Assembly: GCA_003427395.1 (NCBI GenBank)
Contig: BFEA01000036.1
Span: forward strand, 2,190,241 to 2,254,240
Length of the DNA: 64,000 bases
Direction: 5' to 3'
Source: Chara braunii
Taxonomy: Eukaryota > Plantae > Charophyceae
Part shown: one piece after another, positions 11,150 through 24,489 of the stretch
Position numbering within the stretch: the first letter of the stretch is position 1
How the letters are laid out: each line of letters opens with the position of its first letter
Translations under genes and position numbers: made by a program
Notes under the pieces: generated by a model
What the model saw: only the letters and a program-made list of their open reading frames with translations
Database searches by the model: none
What the model was told of the DNA's origin: nothing

Positions 11150-14100
11150 GTGCAAAATGAGCTAAATACATTATACGTCGTCAGGATGTCCTGGATGCAA
11201 CAAACCAACGTAGTGCATGACCAACCACAAATGTTTCCAAGTACAACCCAGCCTGGAAGCAGTTTGACTTTGAGACTTATTAATTGTGATTGCAAAGGCA
11301 ACATACAACGAGAACTGTCTGCGTTTCCACAGGAAACCAGCAAAGTAGTCCGAGTCGAGAGTAAGACTATGAATGACAACAATTTTATGACTAGGAAGAA
11401 TTGTGGCCTCAATGAGTCGTCTTTGGACCGACTTGTTAACAATTAGGCGAGTGCCATTGCACATTCCCATTTATCAAGAGAGGTTCTTGAGCAACATGAG
11501 CGGAATGCCTTTTTTGATGTGGAGGACATGCGGTGGCAAGCCTGAGCAATCGAGTTTGTTGAGGTAACTCCACACGAATGTTTAGACTAAAGGAGTCCAT
11601 AAGTGTGCTATCAATTGACTCGTGAATTATATCTGGTTGTGGGAGGTCCTCTAGAATGGCATTATTGATAAGATAAGCAACATCGTTTTGGGGACAGAGA
11701 ACGAACTTGCCTGAAAGGTAATCATGATCGTTGAGATGTTCAATGAGGTCTGGAAATGTCAGTTGATGAGTTAAAGAATGTCAGTTGATGAGTCCAAGAA
11801 TGTCAGTGTTCATGCAAATTTTTTTTGGCAAGTCGATTGCGATCTGCAGGGTCTATGAGGTCATGTTCCTCGTCGCAGACCCGCAAAAAAAAAGCAGCGA
11901 ACTTTCTTGTGACCTCGTTATCCCCACGGCAGAGCGCCCTCATGTTATTTTGCAACCCTTGTGTTTTGTACAACCCCCACAGTGGGGGTGCTTTCATGGA
12001 AGCGCTGAATTGGTCTGCCCGACAGACTCTCCTCACATCCGGGAGAACTTGTCTGAAGTCGCATGTGAGCAGCAGAACCTTGTCACCAAAGGGCTTGTCT
12101 ATGCGGCAAATGTTTTGCAGCGTGCTTAACGCTTTCAATTGGGCACAATGTGTCATGGGGACCCTATCCCACTGAGTTGAGCAAACTCCCTTTGTTTTGG
12201 GATCAAAAAAAATTTCTTAGCATCTGATTGAAAAGATAGGTGAAATTGAGAATGAAATGTTCAATCACCAGGAAGGATTAGGGAGGCTATCCCGCTCGAC
12301 GCAACGGTCAAGGCGATGCATTGGTCTTGACTACGAACGTCAACAAGTATTATATTGATGCAAAACGTCTTTTGTCCGTGCCAATAGGAGCATCCACAGA
12401 GACGAGAGTCCGATTGAGGACAACATCGACAACGTCATCCACGAACTCTTTCTGAGAAGGGCGAAACGAAGGGTAATTTGTGTTTCATTGGGTCTCCATA
12501 TTGTGTTTATCAGACATGATATTTTCCCGAATGAGTTCTGGTATGCCATGCATAATTATTTCATTGCGCAACTGTTCAGCAACACGGTGAGTTTTTGGGT
12601 CCGGGAATGACAAACCGACAAATGCCATGCTCGTTTTCATGTCACAAAGTTAAATGTGGATATCAAGCAAGGTAAGGGCTTGCAAAACCTTTGGAGGAAT
12701 TATTCCAGTGCTTTGAAAAGAGGGTCATGGGGTCAAACACAGGGTCATATGCAAGCAGCATGTTGAACACTTGCCTGGTTTGGTGTGACATATAGTGATG
12801 AACAGTCGTTTCCATATCCTTATCGTACTCGAAGTTGTTGTCAAGTAGGCGAAGATGCTGGCATGTTTCACGGAATGTCGGTAGTTGGCGGTTTTCCAAC
12901 GTTCTCAAGTCAGCAAAAGATGTTGTGCCGCGCGAATGCGCATGTTTCAGCAAGATCCAAAGACAATAAAGGTCACTCTAAGCAAGATATACATTGTGGA
13001 GGCGCCCAACTTTGGGGAACAGTCCAGCTCTGCCGTTGGATGAACATCGCTTCCACCGTTTTTGTTTCTTATGCCATGTGTGTGTTAAAGTGATTTCAAC
13101 ATACAACAGGAAACTGTGAGAGCTAGATGATTTTAACTCCTTGTTAAGTTTCATCACCACAGTGACTGTCAGTTTCGTGCAATCAGGGTCGGCATCGACC
13201 GTGGTCTCCTCCTGGCTGTTCTCAAAGCAAACTGGTTCATCATCCTCCAAGTGCAGGGTTAATCTTTCAACGGGTCACCATTGTTGTGCTATTGGAAAGC
13301 TGAAAATTCTCCAGGCCCCAACACAGAGCATATTCCGATATTTGCGTATCTCGTTAATATCCTGTTGTCTTTTTAACTCAACAGTCATAACTTTGTTCTT
13401 TTCTTTGAGGACATATTTATAGAGGTACTTGCAAACCAGTATGTTAGCCCAAGACTCGACATTAATGTGTGAGTTGAACCGTAAAAGGAGGTAGCCATTG
13501 TACGGCACGACTTGACCGTTGTCATAAACAATGTCGTCGTTGGAAAGTGTGCAGCCCTCCTCATCTGGTGAGCGGCGCTTGTAAACAGGGTATCCTTTCC
13601 TGGTTTGGAAAGTTGTGTGGGACACGAACGACTTAGGAAAGCGTTTTGTGCACCTCTTGTCCCTCGTACAACCGACTGTAGTGCAACACCGCGCATCTAG
13701 TGGATCATAAACTTAAACACTTTGTCTCAGAGTTCGCCGTCAACAGGTATTTCAACAGATATCACTTCGTCCACAACATCCGGATGTGGCAGTTTGCCAG
13801 TTTTGTCAACTATGACGAGGATGTGTGCGGGGGGCAGACCACGTTTTTGAAACTCAACAGTGGAGAAACCAACACTCACTCTGCCAAAAATATGCTTGTC
13901 TTTGATTTCATTTATGAACTGTTGGCGGTGTCCTCGGAAGGCACGAGCAAGAAGGTCTGACATATCGTTGGGCACTTGACCTGGCAACAGTGCATCGATA
14001 AAATCCGACCAATTGTTGTTGCAAGTCATTGTGATGAAGAGATCTGGTTTTCCGTTCAGAGCACAATGTGCGTTTTCGTTTTAGAAATTACCCTGATGAC

Positions 14101-15650
14101 AATAAGGGATACGACCCTTTGCATTACGTACTTTTGTTCCCTGCTGGAGATGATAGTTGGAACAGCAAACCAGGCAGTTCAAAAGGCAACTCGGACAGCA
14201 TCACTGCGAGATAGTTTTATGCATTCCACTTGCACGAGAGGGCTGCTGAGCGGTTCACTCTTCTCTGCGCAAAGCGCCTGCTGCAAAAAATATCGCTGCA
14301 TGACATTTGCTATGATGAAAACTCATCGTCAGAACTACATAGATTTCAACCAAGACAAAATACGCAGTGAACACTACAAAGAGCTGCGAAAAGTTGTTGA
14401 AAGCAGTCAACATCATAATGGCGCTGGCACAAAAGTCTTTCTGCCATCAACATTGACAGGAGGTCTGTGTTACACGACAAAAAAATATTACGACGCCATG
14501 GTTGTTGTTCATAAGACCTGCACTTCACTTGGCAACGACTTGTCGGGAATAAGTATGCACGACTCGAGCAGCCCCTCAGGTTTGTTGTACCGGCGGCCGT
14601 GCTCGTGCTGTGGACAGGCATGGGGATTAAGCACAATCATGAGATTGTCTTGCAGTGAATCTGGGATACTGTGATAAGTTATGAAGTCGCGGACGTATGC
14701 ATTGCATTCTTCTACGAGGGCGTGAAGGCAAGCAAGCAGGTTGCGAATGCCCCGAAGCTCGGAGTCGGTCGTTTTACTACAAAGATGCATCATGTTCATT
14801 CTGATGTTAGTAATAACCTTCATGTCTGTAGGGTTGTGAATGTATATTTGTGAGTACTGCGGCTGATGGTTAGACCCGGGCTCTAAAGCCCTGATCCTAT
14901 GAAAAACAGGGTCTTCGATCTTCAGTTGTCCTTCGTACCCTTTCAAACCTTGATCGACTTTCTTCATATGTGCAGACAGGAGACACAAAGCGTTGTTAAA
15001 CTTTCGGGAATTTGCATGCAAAAGCCTGCCATCTCGAGAGTCTTCGGTCCACAGCGACAGTATAGAGTATGCAGGTGTTCCAAGAGGGGGCATCTCTCAA
15101 AGTTGGCATTTGGTCTTGCCCTTGCGACGAGAAATTGTGGACCACGCATGTTCATGGGGCCAAAGTTGGGCGCCACAATACTGGCACAGATGACGTTGAC
15201 CCAAAGAGTAAGCACCACCCTGCCGGCGTTGTGAAAAAGTTGCAGGTGATTGTGAATTGCATAACGGTAATCCGCAAAAGCCAATAGAGGTGGCAGCGGT
15301 GCAAGGATAGATGACACAAAGTCCGAATTGGACGAAGGAACGAGTTGAGAGACTGAACAAGATTATTCCTCAAAAGCATGATGTGCAAATGCGGTGATGT
15401 AGGGGAGGATGATGCAGTGTTTTGGACATGTGAGGATGAGCGTTGGAGCCCTCTATGCAAAATGTGAATGTGCCTCGCAAGCTGTATCCACCTGGCGCTG
15501 GTTCTGCTTCGTTTTCTCTCTCTGTCGTAATCTCTTTGTCTTTGTTGTGAGAGCACAAAAGCAAAGGGTTGGGTTTCCTTGCGTTGTTTGTGCGGGATGG
15601 AATCCCGTTGTGTGAATGCACTTTGGAGAGCTTTGCTCGGCGGAGCGCAC
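11150..15650 (-). pseudogene. Helitron RepHel (HUH Rep + Pif1 helicase), many stops and frameshifts
   Basis: N-term CQYCGAQLWPHE; FHRIRALEPGSNHQPQYSQIYI; GKPDLFITMTCN; Rep motif 2 VEFQKRGLPPAHIL; GYPVYKRR; VVPYNGYLLLRFNSHINVE; motif 3 YLYKY; RGTTSFADLRT; Pif1 PFGDKVLLLTCDFRQVLP, GMCNGTRL, RRQFSLYVAFAITINKSQ. Confidence 0.93.
14057..14515 (+). other. Inverted internal segment of the Helitron Rep
   Basis: Plus strand encodes YDPLHYVLLFP and NQDKIRSEHY..LPSTLTGG..YYDAMVVVHK, which normally precede GKPDLFIT, found on the minus strand ending at 14054. Confidence 0.85.
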
Positions 15651-17259
15651 AAGCAGTAACTAATGGTGATGGCGTCGGTTGTGAATTGGACACTACAACG
15701 ATGAAGTGAGCAGCCGCCAGCAGGTGACGCATGTATGTGCTACACACGAAGGAGCGGGTGGAATACGGCGGCAAAACTCAAAATTCAAAGTTCATTGAGA
15801 GGCTATGTTTCCAATATTCTTTCCCAGAGTTGCATAGCAATCCTTTCGCCGCACAACTGCAATAGGCATGCAAGTAGACTGGAGTTGATTATCCGAAGTG
15901 ACAACATGTCCGTCCCCTGACATGTTGGTCCGAGTTGTTTGTGGCGTTAATATAAAATTGCACCCGAGTTGAGAAAAATGATAAGAGAGGACAACATATC
16001 ATTTTGTGGTATGGTAATATGGTCAAAGGGTGCACAACGGTCGGCCCGCGAGACAAGATGTGTGTCGTGCATCGAAGGTGATGTTGCACGTGTTGCAAAA
16101 TTGTTTGAAAGGAGGAGGCGATGCGTGAGTAAGAACTTGTAAAAAAAAACGGGGACTTGAGCAGTTTGTGATTTGGTGATAAGGCGTTTGCTGCATACTA
16201 CGTCCAAGCAAATGAGTCTCACCATCATTGAAGCAAGTGTGCAACAATTGATGATTATCTACATGGGGAAAAAAAAGAGTAGGTAATTGCAATGTGTTGG
16301 TCATATGAGGACGGTGCTGCGAAGCCGTAACTGGCATCTAACATCGCCTTCTCTTTGGTTTCCTCGTCCAAGGTGTACCTTTCTCTAATGCATTTGCGTT
16401 GCACGACGGGAGGTCATGCAGCGCGTGACGACAACTCACCTGAGATGGAGGGTTGTTAGCACCTTCGAGGTGTGGAAGGAGTGGACTGTCTACAAAGTTG
16501 GGCGAAGCAGTTGCGGGTGCAAAGGGAAACTAAGACTGGTGGACTGCTCCTGAGAATGGCACAGGTGATCAAGTGAGTGGAGAACACGGACAAAAACCTG
16601 GATGAGGATTGTGGATAGGACTGAATGGAGTAGTGTGAACATCTTGCGGGTGGATTATCTCTACTGTTTGAGGAAGATGTTGCAATGTAGTTGCAAGGTA
16701 TGCCCCGACATGTAAAGCAGCGTCAACGTCGCGATTGCAGCAGTTGTTGCAGAGCCGCAGATCATGGGAAGGATATGAGCAATATGTGAGATGCCATCGA
16801 ATGATTTATGCAACATGAAAGCCTCTCTCCAAGGTACAGGACGTGGAGGTGGGCCCGTATCAACGAAGTCGGTACTATCTATAATTGTGCGCAAGGCATG
16901 CAACAGGAAACGATTCAACTGGTTGACGACACGAAGGACAAAAGATCACAAACAAGATCCTTGAGACAGAAGAAAGATACAATTTGCAGACGACCAGTTA
17001 AACATGTTATTATGTGTGCATCGGGAAGCGTGTGAAACAACAGTTGAAGGTGTAACATTGAGATGAAACTTGTGATGCAAATAATAAAATAGAAAGGAAA
17101 TATAAACGGTAGTCAAGTCCCGCCTGCCATCAAATTTTAGGTCCAGAAATTGAAAAACAATATTATCACTATGCGCGTTGCCATAATAATTGTCCTCGTA
17201 GAAAACAACACAAATTCAACGAGAACACCGTACGAATACGTGAGGGAGAGAGCACATAA

Positions 17260-18495
17260 AAAAGCGAAAGGGAAGAGAATTCAAAGTAGTGTGCAGAGCA
17301 ATTGGAACACACATTAAAGCTCACCGTCGACAATTCAAACAAAACAGAGAAACGAAGTAGAGAATATGTGAAGGTCTCCAAAATTGGAAGGGGAAAAAGA
17401 AGAGTTCCGCCAGAAACAGAACACAAACGATTTCAGAAAGCATGTGACACCATGTATGTTTTTAAAAACAAGGACAAAGAGAGTATCAAAAGTGTCAGCT
17501 TAGGTGACAAATCATTCAAAAAGTAAGTGACATCATGTGTTTTCAAAAACGTACAGAGAGAGGAGCAGAAGTGTGCAGTGATACGGTCCTCAATTTGTGA
17601 ATTGTGCCTAGTCCGGAGAGAACCAGCATGAGCTAGTGAGACCAGACACATCTCTTAACTAAAGTAATATACACACAGTTGGTCAGGTAGCTGTTGACAC
17701 AGATAGCAGAAAAAAGCATCGGAAAGCCTCAACGGTGTGATACTCCTCGCGAGAAGATCATCAAGTCGTCATTTGCGCGACCAGTGTTTGGCAAATCCAA
17801 TCAACAAAACGTTAGTTGAGATGACAAATCATTCAAAAAGTAGGCGAGACCATGTGTTTCCAAAAATGTACAGAGAGAGGAAGTGTGCAGTGATAAAGTC
17901 CTCGATTTGTAAATTGTGTTTAATCCGGAAAGAACGGGCAGGAGCGATTGAGACCAAAAACATCTCCTAACTAAAGTAATGTACACACAACTGGTTAGAC
18001 AACTGTTGACACAGATAGTCGACAAAAACACCGGAAAAACTCAACGATGTGATGTTTTTAGTGAGAAGATCATCAAGTCGTCATCTGCAGGGCCAGTGGT
18101 CGGCAAATCCAATCACAAAAAAACGAACAAATCCTAGGTAGGGAACAACAACCACATTGAGCATTAGAGCACATAGCAGGTTGTTGTTCGTGGGCAAATA
18201 GTGCACAATGGGCAGCAAAAGCTGCAGAGATGAGCAACACACCGGCCAACACGCAAGTCTCCAACCCCGCGACTGGTCTCACGGTACTTCCATCGATAGG
18301 ATGAGCAAAATGAAATGAATTTTCCGCTAGAACGTCGAAACATACACTACCACANNNNNNNNNNNNNNNNNNNNNNNNNNNNNNNNNNNNNNNNNNNNNN
18401 NNNNNNNNNNNNNNNNNNNNNNNNNNNNNNNNNNNNNNNNNNNNNNNNNNNNNNNNNNNNNNNNNNNNNNNNNNNNNNNNNNNNNNNNNNNNNNN

Positions 18496-18543
<48 letters not shown>

Positions 18544-19500
18544 GAAGGGAAACAACAAAAAAGTAGTGCGCAGAGCAATTGGAATACACATTAAAGCTCC
18601 TTGTCGACAATTCAAATGAAGCAGAGAAACACAAAAGAGAATATGTGAAGGTTTTCAAAATTGGAAGGGGAAAAAGAAGACTTTCACCAGGAACAAAACA
18701 CAAACAATTTCAAAAAGCACGCGACACCATGTGTGTTTTCAAAAACGGGGAGAGAGAGAGCATCGTAAGTGTCGGCTTAGATGACGAATCATTCAAAAAG
18801 TAGGTGACACCATGTGTTTCCAAAAACGTACAGAGAGAGGAGCAAAAGTGTGCAATGATGTCGTCCTCGATTTGTGAATTGTGCCTAGTCCGGAGAGAAC
18901 CGGCATGAACTGTTGAGACCAGACATATCTCCTAACTAAAGTAATATGCACACAATTGGTCAGGCAGCTGTTGACACAGATATGAGACAAAAGCACTGAA
19001 AAGCCTCAATGTGTGATGCTCCTAGCGAGAAGATCATCAAGTCGTCATCTGCGTGGCTAGTGGTCGGCAACTCCAATCAGCAAAAAAGTCGGCTGAGATG
19101 ACAAATCATTCAAAAAGTAGGGGACACCATGTGCTTCCCAAAACGTACAGAGAGAGGAACAGAAGTGTGCGGTGTTACGGTCCTCAATTTGTGAATTGTG
19201 CCTAATCTGAAAAGAACAGGCAGGAGCTATTGAAACATATCCTTACTAAAGTAATGTACACACAATTGGTCAGACAACTGTTTACACAGGTAGTAGACAA
19301 AAGCACCGGAAAAAGTCAACAGTGTGATGCTCCTAGAGAGAAGATCATCAAATCGTCATCTGCACAGCCAGTGTTCAACAAATCCAATCAGCAAAAACGA
19401 CCAAAATCCTACGGGTTAGGAACAACAGCCTTGTTGAGCAGTAGAGCAAATAGTAGGTTGTTGTTCGTGGGCAAATAGCGCATAGTGGGCAGCAAAAGCT
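17260..19500. repeat. Hierarchical tandem repeat: ~1-kb unit twice across an N gap, each with two ~320-bp subunits
   Basis: ACAAATCATTCAAAAAGTAG...GAGAAGATCATCAAGTCGTCAT at ~17505, 17820, 18785, 19100; N gap 18355-18494. Confidence 0.85.
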
Positions 19501-20294
19501 GCGGAGAGGTCAGACGAGTGGCTGGTTAAACTTCAGGTCAGTCAGAGAACGTGGACATTCATTTGAGAACACAACGTTGTCATTGAAGCACAATGCTATA
19601 CATAAAGTGGTCGTTAAGAACGGGCAGGTAACAACTAGTGCTCATGTGTCTTTGTGCCTACACTTCATGACGGTTCAAGTTGCATGGTGGCAAGTTGCAA
19701 AAGCCGGAAACATTGTCGTACACCATAATAGACTCACAAAAAGTGCTCTTCGTAACTCTCGTCCTCGTCGTGGAAGGGCTTTGAAATTGGAATTGGAATT
19801 GTTAACATAGCAAGTCATTGCACGAGCTATGACTAATGGTGGCGGCTAGCGCTTGTGGGCAAACACATTTGTGACTCTCTTTGCCTCTTGCTCTGTGTGA
19901 ACCATTACTTGGAAATGAAAATATCAAAAAATCAATTGGAAATTTACAAGAAGATGAGCAGGAGAACGAAACTAGACCCTGCCCCCCTAGTTACTCTCTC
20001 ATGTAGTTCCTCCAGAAATTCCTTCACCCTTCTAAGGTGTAGATGTGCTCCCCTCAAACACTGGATAGTAATCTGTCTCCTCTTCTTGACCTATTGGGGT
20101 ACAAATCCTCACATCCAAACCATCAGTCTTAAGGGCTCTGGTAGCTGGATCATAAAATATTACTCGCAAAGGTGGTAGGAATCAAAACTATACGTGTAAG
20201 AAAGTCAAAATCCTTGACGGTAACCAATATGCAATTTAAAATGTCAAGGACTGAGGAATAAAGGAATGTAGGAATTTAGAGATTTAGGAATCTA

Positions 20295-20760
20295 GGCGTT
20301 TCGTTGATCTTGATGTAACCTTGAAATTATACGAGCTGCTAGACTGACGTTAATATAGAAGACCAACAGCAACGGACTAACAACCTACAAGGCCACAATA
20401 GCGAAAACAGTACAACAAGGTTCATGAAGCTGGATGCCGTTCACTTATGCCTCTAGAGTCATAGACCGAAGCCATCCAATTGGGTCTACATCGCCCTTCA
20501 CTGGGCCACACCATATCCCGTAGTACTGCCAAAACCACTGCCATAGCAAGCTATCACCCCACGGTTCAAACCCTTTCCCCCACCTTCGTTGAGAAAGAAC
20601 ATCGTTGTCCTCTCTGACGTCAGCTTCCGTCAGTTCTATGGCGCCCAATAAAAGCCATGGGCCGCATCCCGGCCGACTGTCCATTCCAGTCGAGGCGCAA
20701 CACGGACATGATCGTCGAGCCTGCCGGCAAACCAAGCAGATGATAACGCTACCTTGGATC
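20295..20760 (+). pseudogene. Degenerate Penelope-like reverse transcriptase C-terminal/thumb fragment
   Basis: Across frameshifts RFVDLDVTL..YRRPTATD (cf. PLE FLDV..YRKPT), IASYHPTVQ (cf. LPYHP), FQSRRNTDMIV (cf. AFRR..NL.D.LV); lies just upstream of a hammerhead-bearing repeat. Confidence 0.5.
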
Positions 20761-21052
20761 TGAAAAAAACATGTCTGGCCCAGGCACTCGCAGTGGATGA
20801 AAAGGAAAAGAAAGTGAAGGAAAGCGCACGTGGAAGGGAGATGAGCAGAGAGAGCAAGAGGAGGGAACTTGAGCGAGAAGAGAAACTCACACACCCCTTC
20901 CTTCTTTATATATATGATAGTCTACTTTGACTTCCGTCACAGGTACCTTGATGGCACTGGTTGGTGCCCACCTTACGGTATCAGTTGTAGGGCAGTTGTT
21001 GATGCTTAACCACAACCGGGGTTAAGGCGGATTATCACTTACATAGTCAGTT

Positions 21053-21235
21053 AGGGGATTCTGCAAGCTGTTGAGGGTTCAGCCTCCCTATGAGTCGGTG
21101 AAACTCCAACGAAACAGTTTGTCACAGCCCCTCGTTTGTTGTCCTCTTCTCCCTCTCTGCTGCCTACGGTTTACCGGGCAGTTCTGTTTGACGATAGATA
21201 TATAAAAAACCCGAGTTGTTGTCGAGGCTGAATTC
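21053..21235 (+). ncRNA. Hammerhead-ribozyme-bearing repeat (pLTR-like), core mutated
   Basis: CCTC-CCTATGA-GTCGGtgaaactCCAAC-GAAA-CAGTTTGTC; same family as the 43494-44490 copies. Confidence 0.65.
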
Positions 21236-22369
21236 CAGACATACGATGGTTGCAATCATCAGTCAATCATGGATTACCCTGACAATTATTATCTTTGTGA
21301 GGCTACCTCCCAAACCATCCTCTCATCAATGCTCCCAGGCTCCCAGCACACTCCCTATCCCCACTATTAGTTTGACTATCTATCCTGCCTTTCATATTCT
21401 ACCACGACGTGAATGAGAGTTATCCTTCCGAAAATTCCAAGTTCACCTCAGCGCCTCCACGCCCCACCGCTCACCTCCACCCTGCTCCTTGCGCTATCCA
21501 ACCCACGCGTAACTATGCAAGACGAAGACCTCCATATCCACAAGTCCAGAAAAATCACATACTCCCACATTTCCTAGCCGATCTGACCTCGACGATGCAT
21601 GTGAGCCATGCCACCAATGTGCTTGCCAGTTTCGCCTGGTGGGTCTGCCACCAGAGGAAGAATCTCTCTGCATGTCAGCACCATGCACCAAACTCCAGCT
21701 TCGCCCGGTTGCTCCCGAACCACTCCATGTGAATGGTGCGGGCTGAGCACAGGGCTCCCGGCAGTGCTGCGCCCTTCCCCTCTGGTGTGATATAACTCAA
21801 TGTTTTATTTTTATTTTTCATTTCAAACTTCAAATCGAATTTCAAGGTGAAACTCGACCAAAACTTCCCAAAAGTTGTTTAATTTGTTAGTTTTCTTTCC
21901 AGTTTTTTTTTTTCTTTTTTTTTTTTGAACTGCGAGTACCTGGTCCCCTCTCTCATTTTCACCCATCCCTGGATGCTTGTACACAGAGTGGTAGAATCAC
22001 ACTTGGTATGGCCGGTCAACCACTCACAGCTTGAGCAGATGGAGTAGAAGAGGCTGTACGGGTGAAGTGTTGCTGCGCCCGATCTTTTGATGTAGTTGAT
22101 CTGTGATATGTAAACTCCAGCTACATTATAAGTTTTGAGTTAATCTCTATATCCTCCAGAGAGAAATAAGGCTGAAAATCCCGGCTTCCCCCCTCGCCTA
22201 TACATAGCCAGGCACCATCCATTCCCTGATTCTATCGCAGATAGGGAAGAGGCATCTCCAAAGGACGGTGGCCGCGCCACGCCATTGTGTCTCCACACAC
22301 TAGTACGGTTCAGTTAGCATGCACACGATATAATCTCAGCGCCGAACACTACGAAGGGATGGTCACTGC

Positions 22370-22720
22370 CAGCCTCGGCCATGAAAACTGCAACCCATCG
22401 TCTTGCACCTATCCCCCGCAACCCCTTCTTACTTGCCCAATATGTCTTTGTGGCCTTGAGATGCCATGCCTGAAAATCTGTGAACGCCAGCCTGCTTTCC
22501 TGCTGGCATGTCAGCAACATGCCATATGTTGTCAAAAGACTCAAAACCGCAACCCATGGCCTTGCACCTATCCCGTCAAAAGTGTGGCCAATTGTGGCCC
22601 CACCTCCTTATTACTTGCCCGATATGCCGTTGTGGCGTTGAGATGCCATCCCATGCTTGAATGCCTTCGAACGTCAGCCTGCTTTCCTGCTGGCATGTCA
22701 GCAGCATGCCATACGTCGTC
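22370..22720. repeat. ~180-bp diverged tandem duplication
   Basis: CAACCCAT..CTTGCACCTATCCC...GCCTGCTTTCCTGCTGGCATGTCAGCA twice. Confidence 0.75.
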
Positions 22721-22812
22721 AATGTTTCCAGCCTGAGGAAGCTGTCATAAAAAGTATGCGTCTCTACTGTGTGGACTATCCCCAATGCCATCACCCACCC
22801 CATCCTCTCCTA

Positions 22813-22917
22813 CCGTCTTCACCCGAATAGAACGCCCGGTCATTATCGCTGCATCTGGACCGAAAGTTGTGACAAATACAGCTATAATGACCGGGGGTTC
22901 TATTTGGGCGAAGACGG
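22813..22917. mobile_element. Tc1/mariner-type MITE
   Basis: Long imperfect TIRs CCGTCTTCACCCGAATAGAACGCCCGGTCATTAT / ATAATGACCGGGGGTTCTATTTGGGCGAAGACGG flanked by TA..TA. Confidence 0.8.
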
Positions 22918-24489
22918 TAGCATGTCCCACATGCAGCTTTCGGCATACACCTGCTGCATCTGGAGTTGGATCTCCTTCATCCTTGCCAGACGAACAACAC
23001 AGCAGCCTAAGGAGGAAAATGGATTCTCACATGTTGCTCCCCATTCAAATTCTCCTTTGACTAGGCACGAAGTACAGCAAGACATGCTGGACACGAAAGC
23101 AAGACGCAAAGAAGTGGGCGTCAGGTCTCCTTCCTGTATTTATTATGGAGTAAATCAACAAAGGCCAGCGTTGCCGAAATGCACGTGAACCACCTACAGA
23201 CCACTGTACTGAAAGGTTATCACCGCTTGGGCGAGCTGTTGCAGACCAAATCTTGCAACAGCTCAACACCCCTACTTGGATCAGCCCTTGTCGTCACCTG
23301 CCCATACAAAAGGAATGCAACAGCGAAAACCCAAAAAACTTGCTCAATGCCGCTCTGTGATGGCACGCCTGAGATTCGGCTGGGATGTGATTCACATGCT
23401 TTGTGTTGTTACGATTGTGCAGGCATGGGCCAAGTATCTGTTTTTTTTTTTTGTTTTGTTTCTTTTTCTCTCTGTTTTCATACGTATGATGACAGTCCAC
23501 ATTGCACTTATGTATGGCACCCTGACATGTCATGTCCAAGCTGTGGACAGGGGCTGGATGAGCACCAATATGAGAACAGACGAAATATAAACAGACGATC
23601 TGAAGAAAAATGAGAGGATATAACTTCCCCTTTACTCTTGGCTCCTTTCATAACGCACAAAGTGGGCCGTTAAGGGGTACCCCGAAGAAAGCCAGCCTTT
23701 CATGAGAGGGGGCACAGTTAAAAGGGGTCTGCAATAACAAATAGAAGGGGTACCCCAAAGAAAGCCAAAGTAGAGAAAGTAGAGAAAGGGATAAAAATCA
23801 TATAACGGATCTATTCTGCTCCATGTTGCCTGCTATAGACGTAAGACTGTCTCATTGTTGGAATGACTCATCTCCTGTGTGCTTCATTGTCTGCAATAAA
23901 GGTAGAGCTGCATTGATATTGGATCTACTCATCTGGGTGGAACAGGGGCTACAGTGGAGAAAAAAAACACAATACACACAATCACTTTTATAAATGTCTT
24001 GCGTCCTGTATTTTTCTTAGTATTTTCTGTGTGTGCGTGTGAGCAACTCTGAGAAGTGCTGTTGCCGGGTGTTTGGAGAAAACATTTCTCTTAGAAAACA
24101 TTTCTCTTGTCCAGTTTTCACTACCCTGGGAGCCTATCAAAGGATCGAAGAGAAGGTGCTGACATGAAGTTCGGAATCTTAACTTCTTAAGTGCGTGGGG
24201 AATATACGGCCTTGCAGAACTTACTGTTAAGTGAGGCACCCTATTCATGATGTGTGGACTGCCTTGTCTACGCTCCTCTCACTGGCTTGCTGCTCATCCT
24301 GCTTGCTTTCCAGCTCTTGCCTTGCAGCCTTTGTTTGCCTTGTAATTTGGCTGCCTTGTGCTGTTGCGTTGCTGCCCAGCTTCATGCCTTGTCATTCCTC
24401 GCAATGTGCTTGTTTGCTGTGCAGTTCGGCTGCTTTGTTTTAGAAATCTAATACAGCCAGTCTCAAACACCCTGTTTACGGTCCTATGT

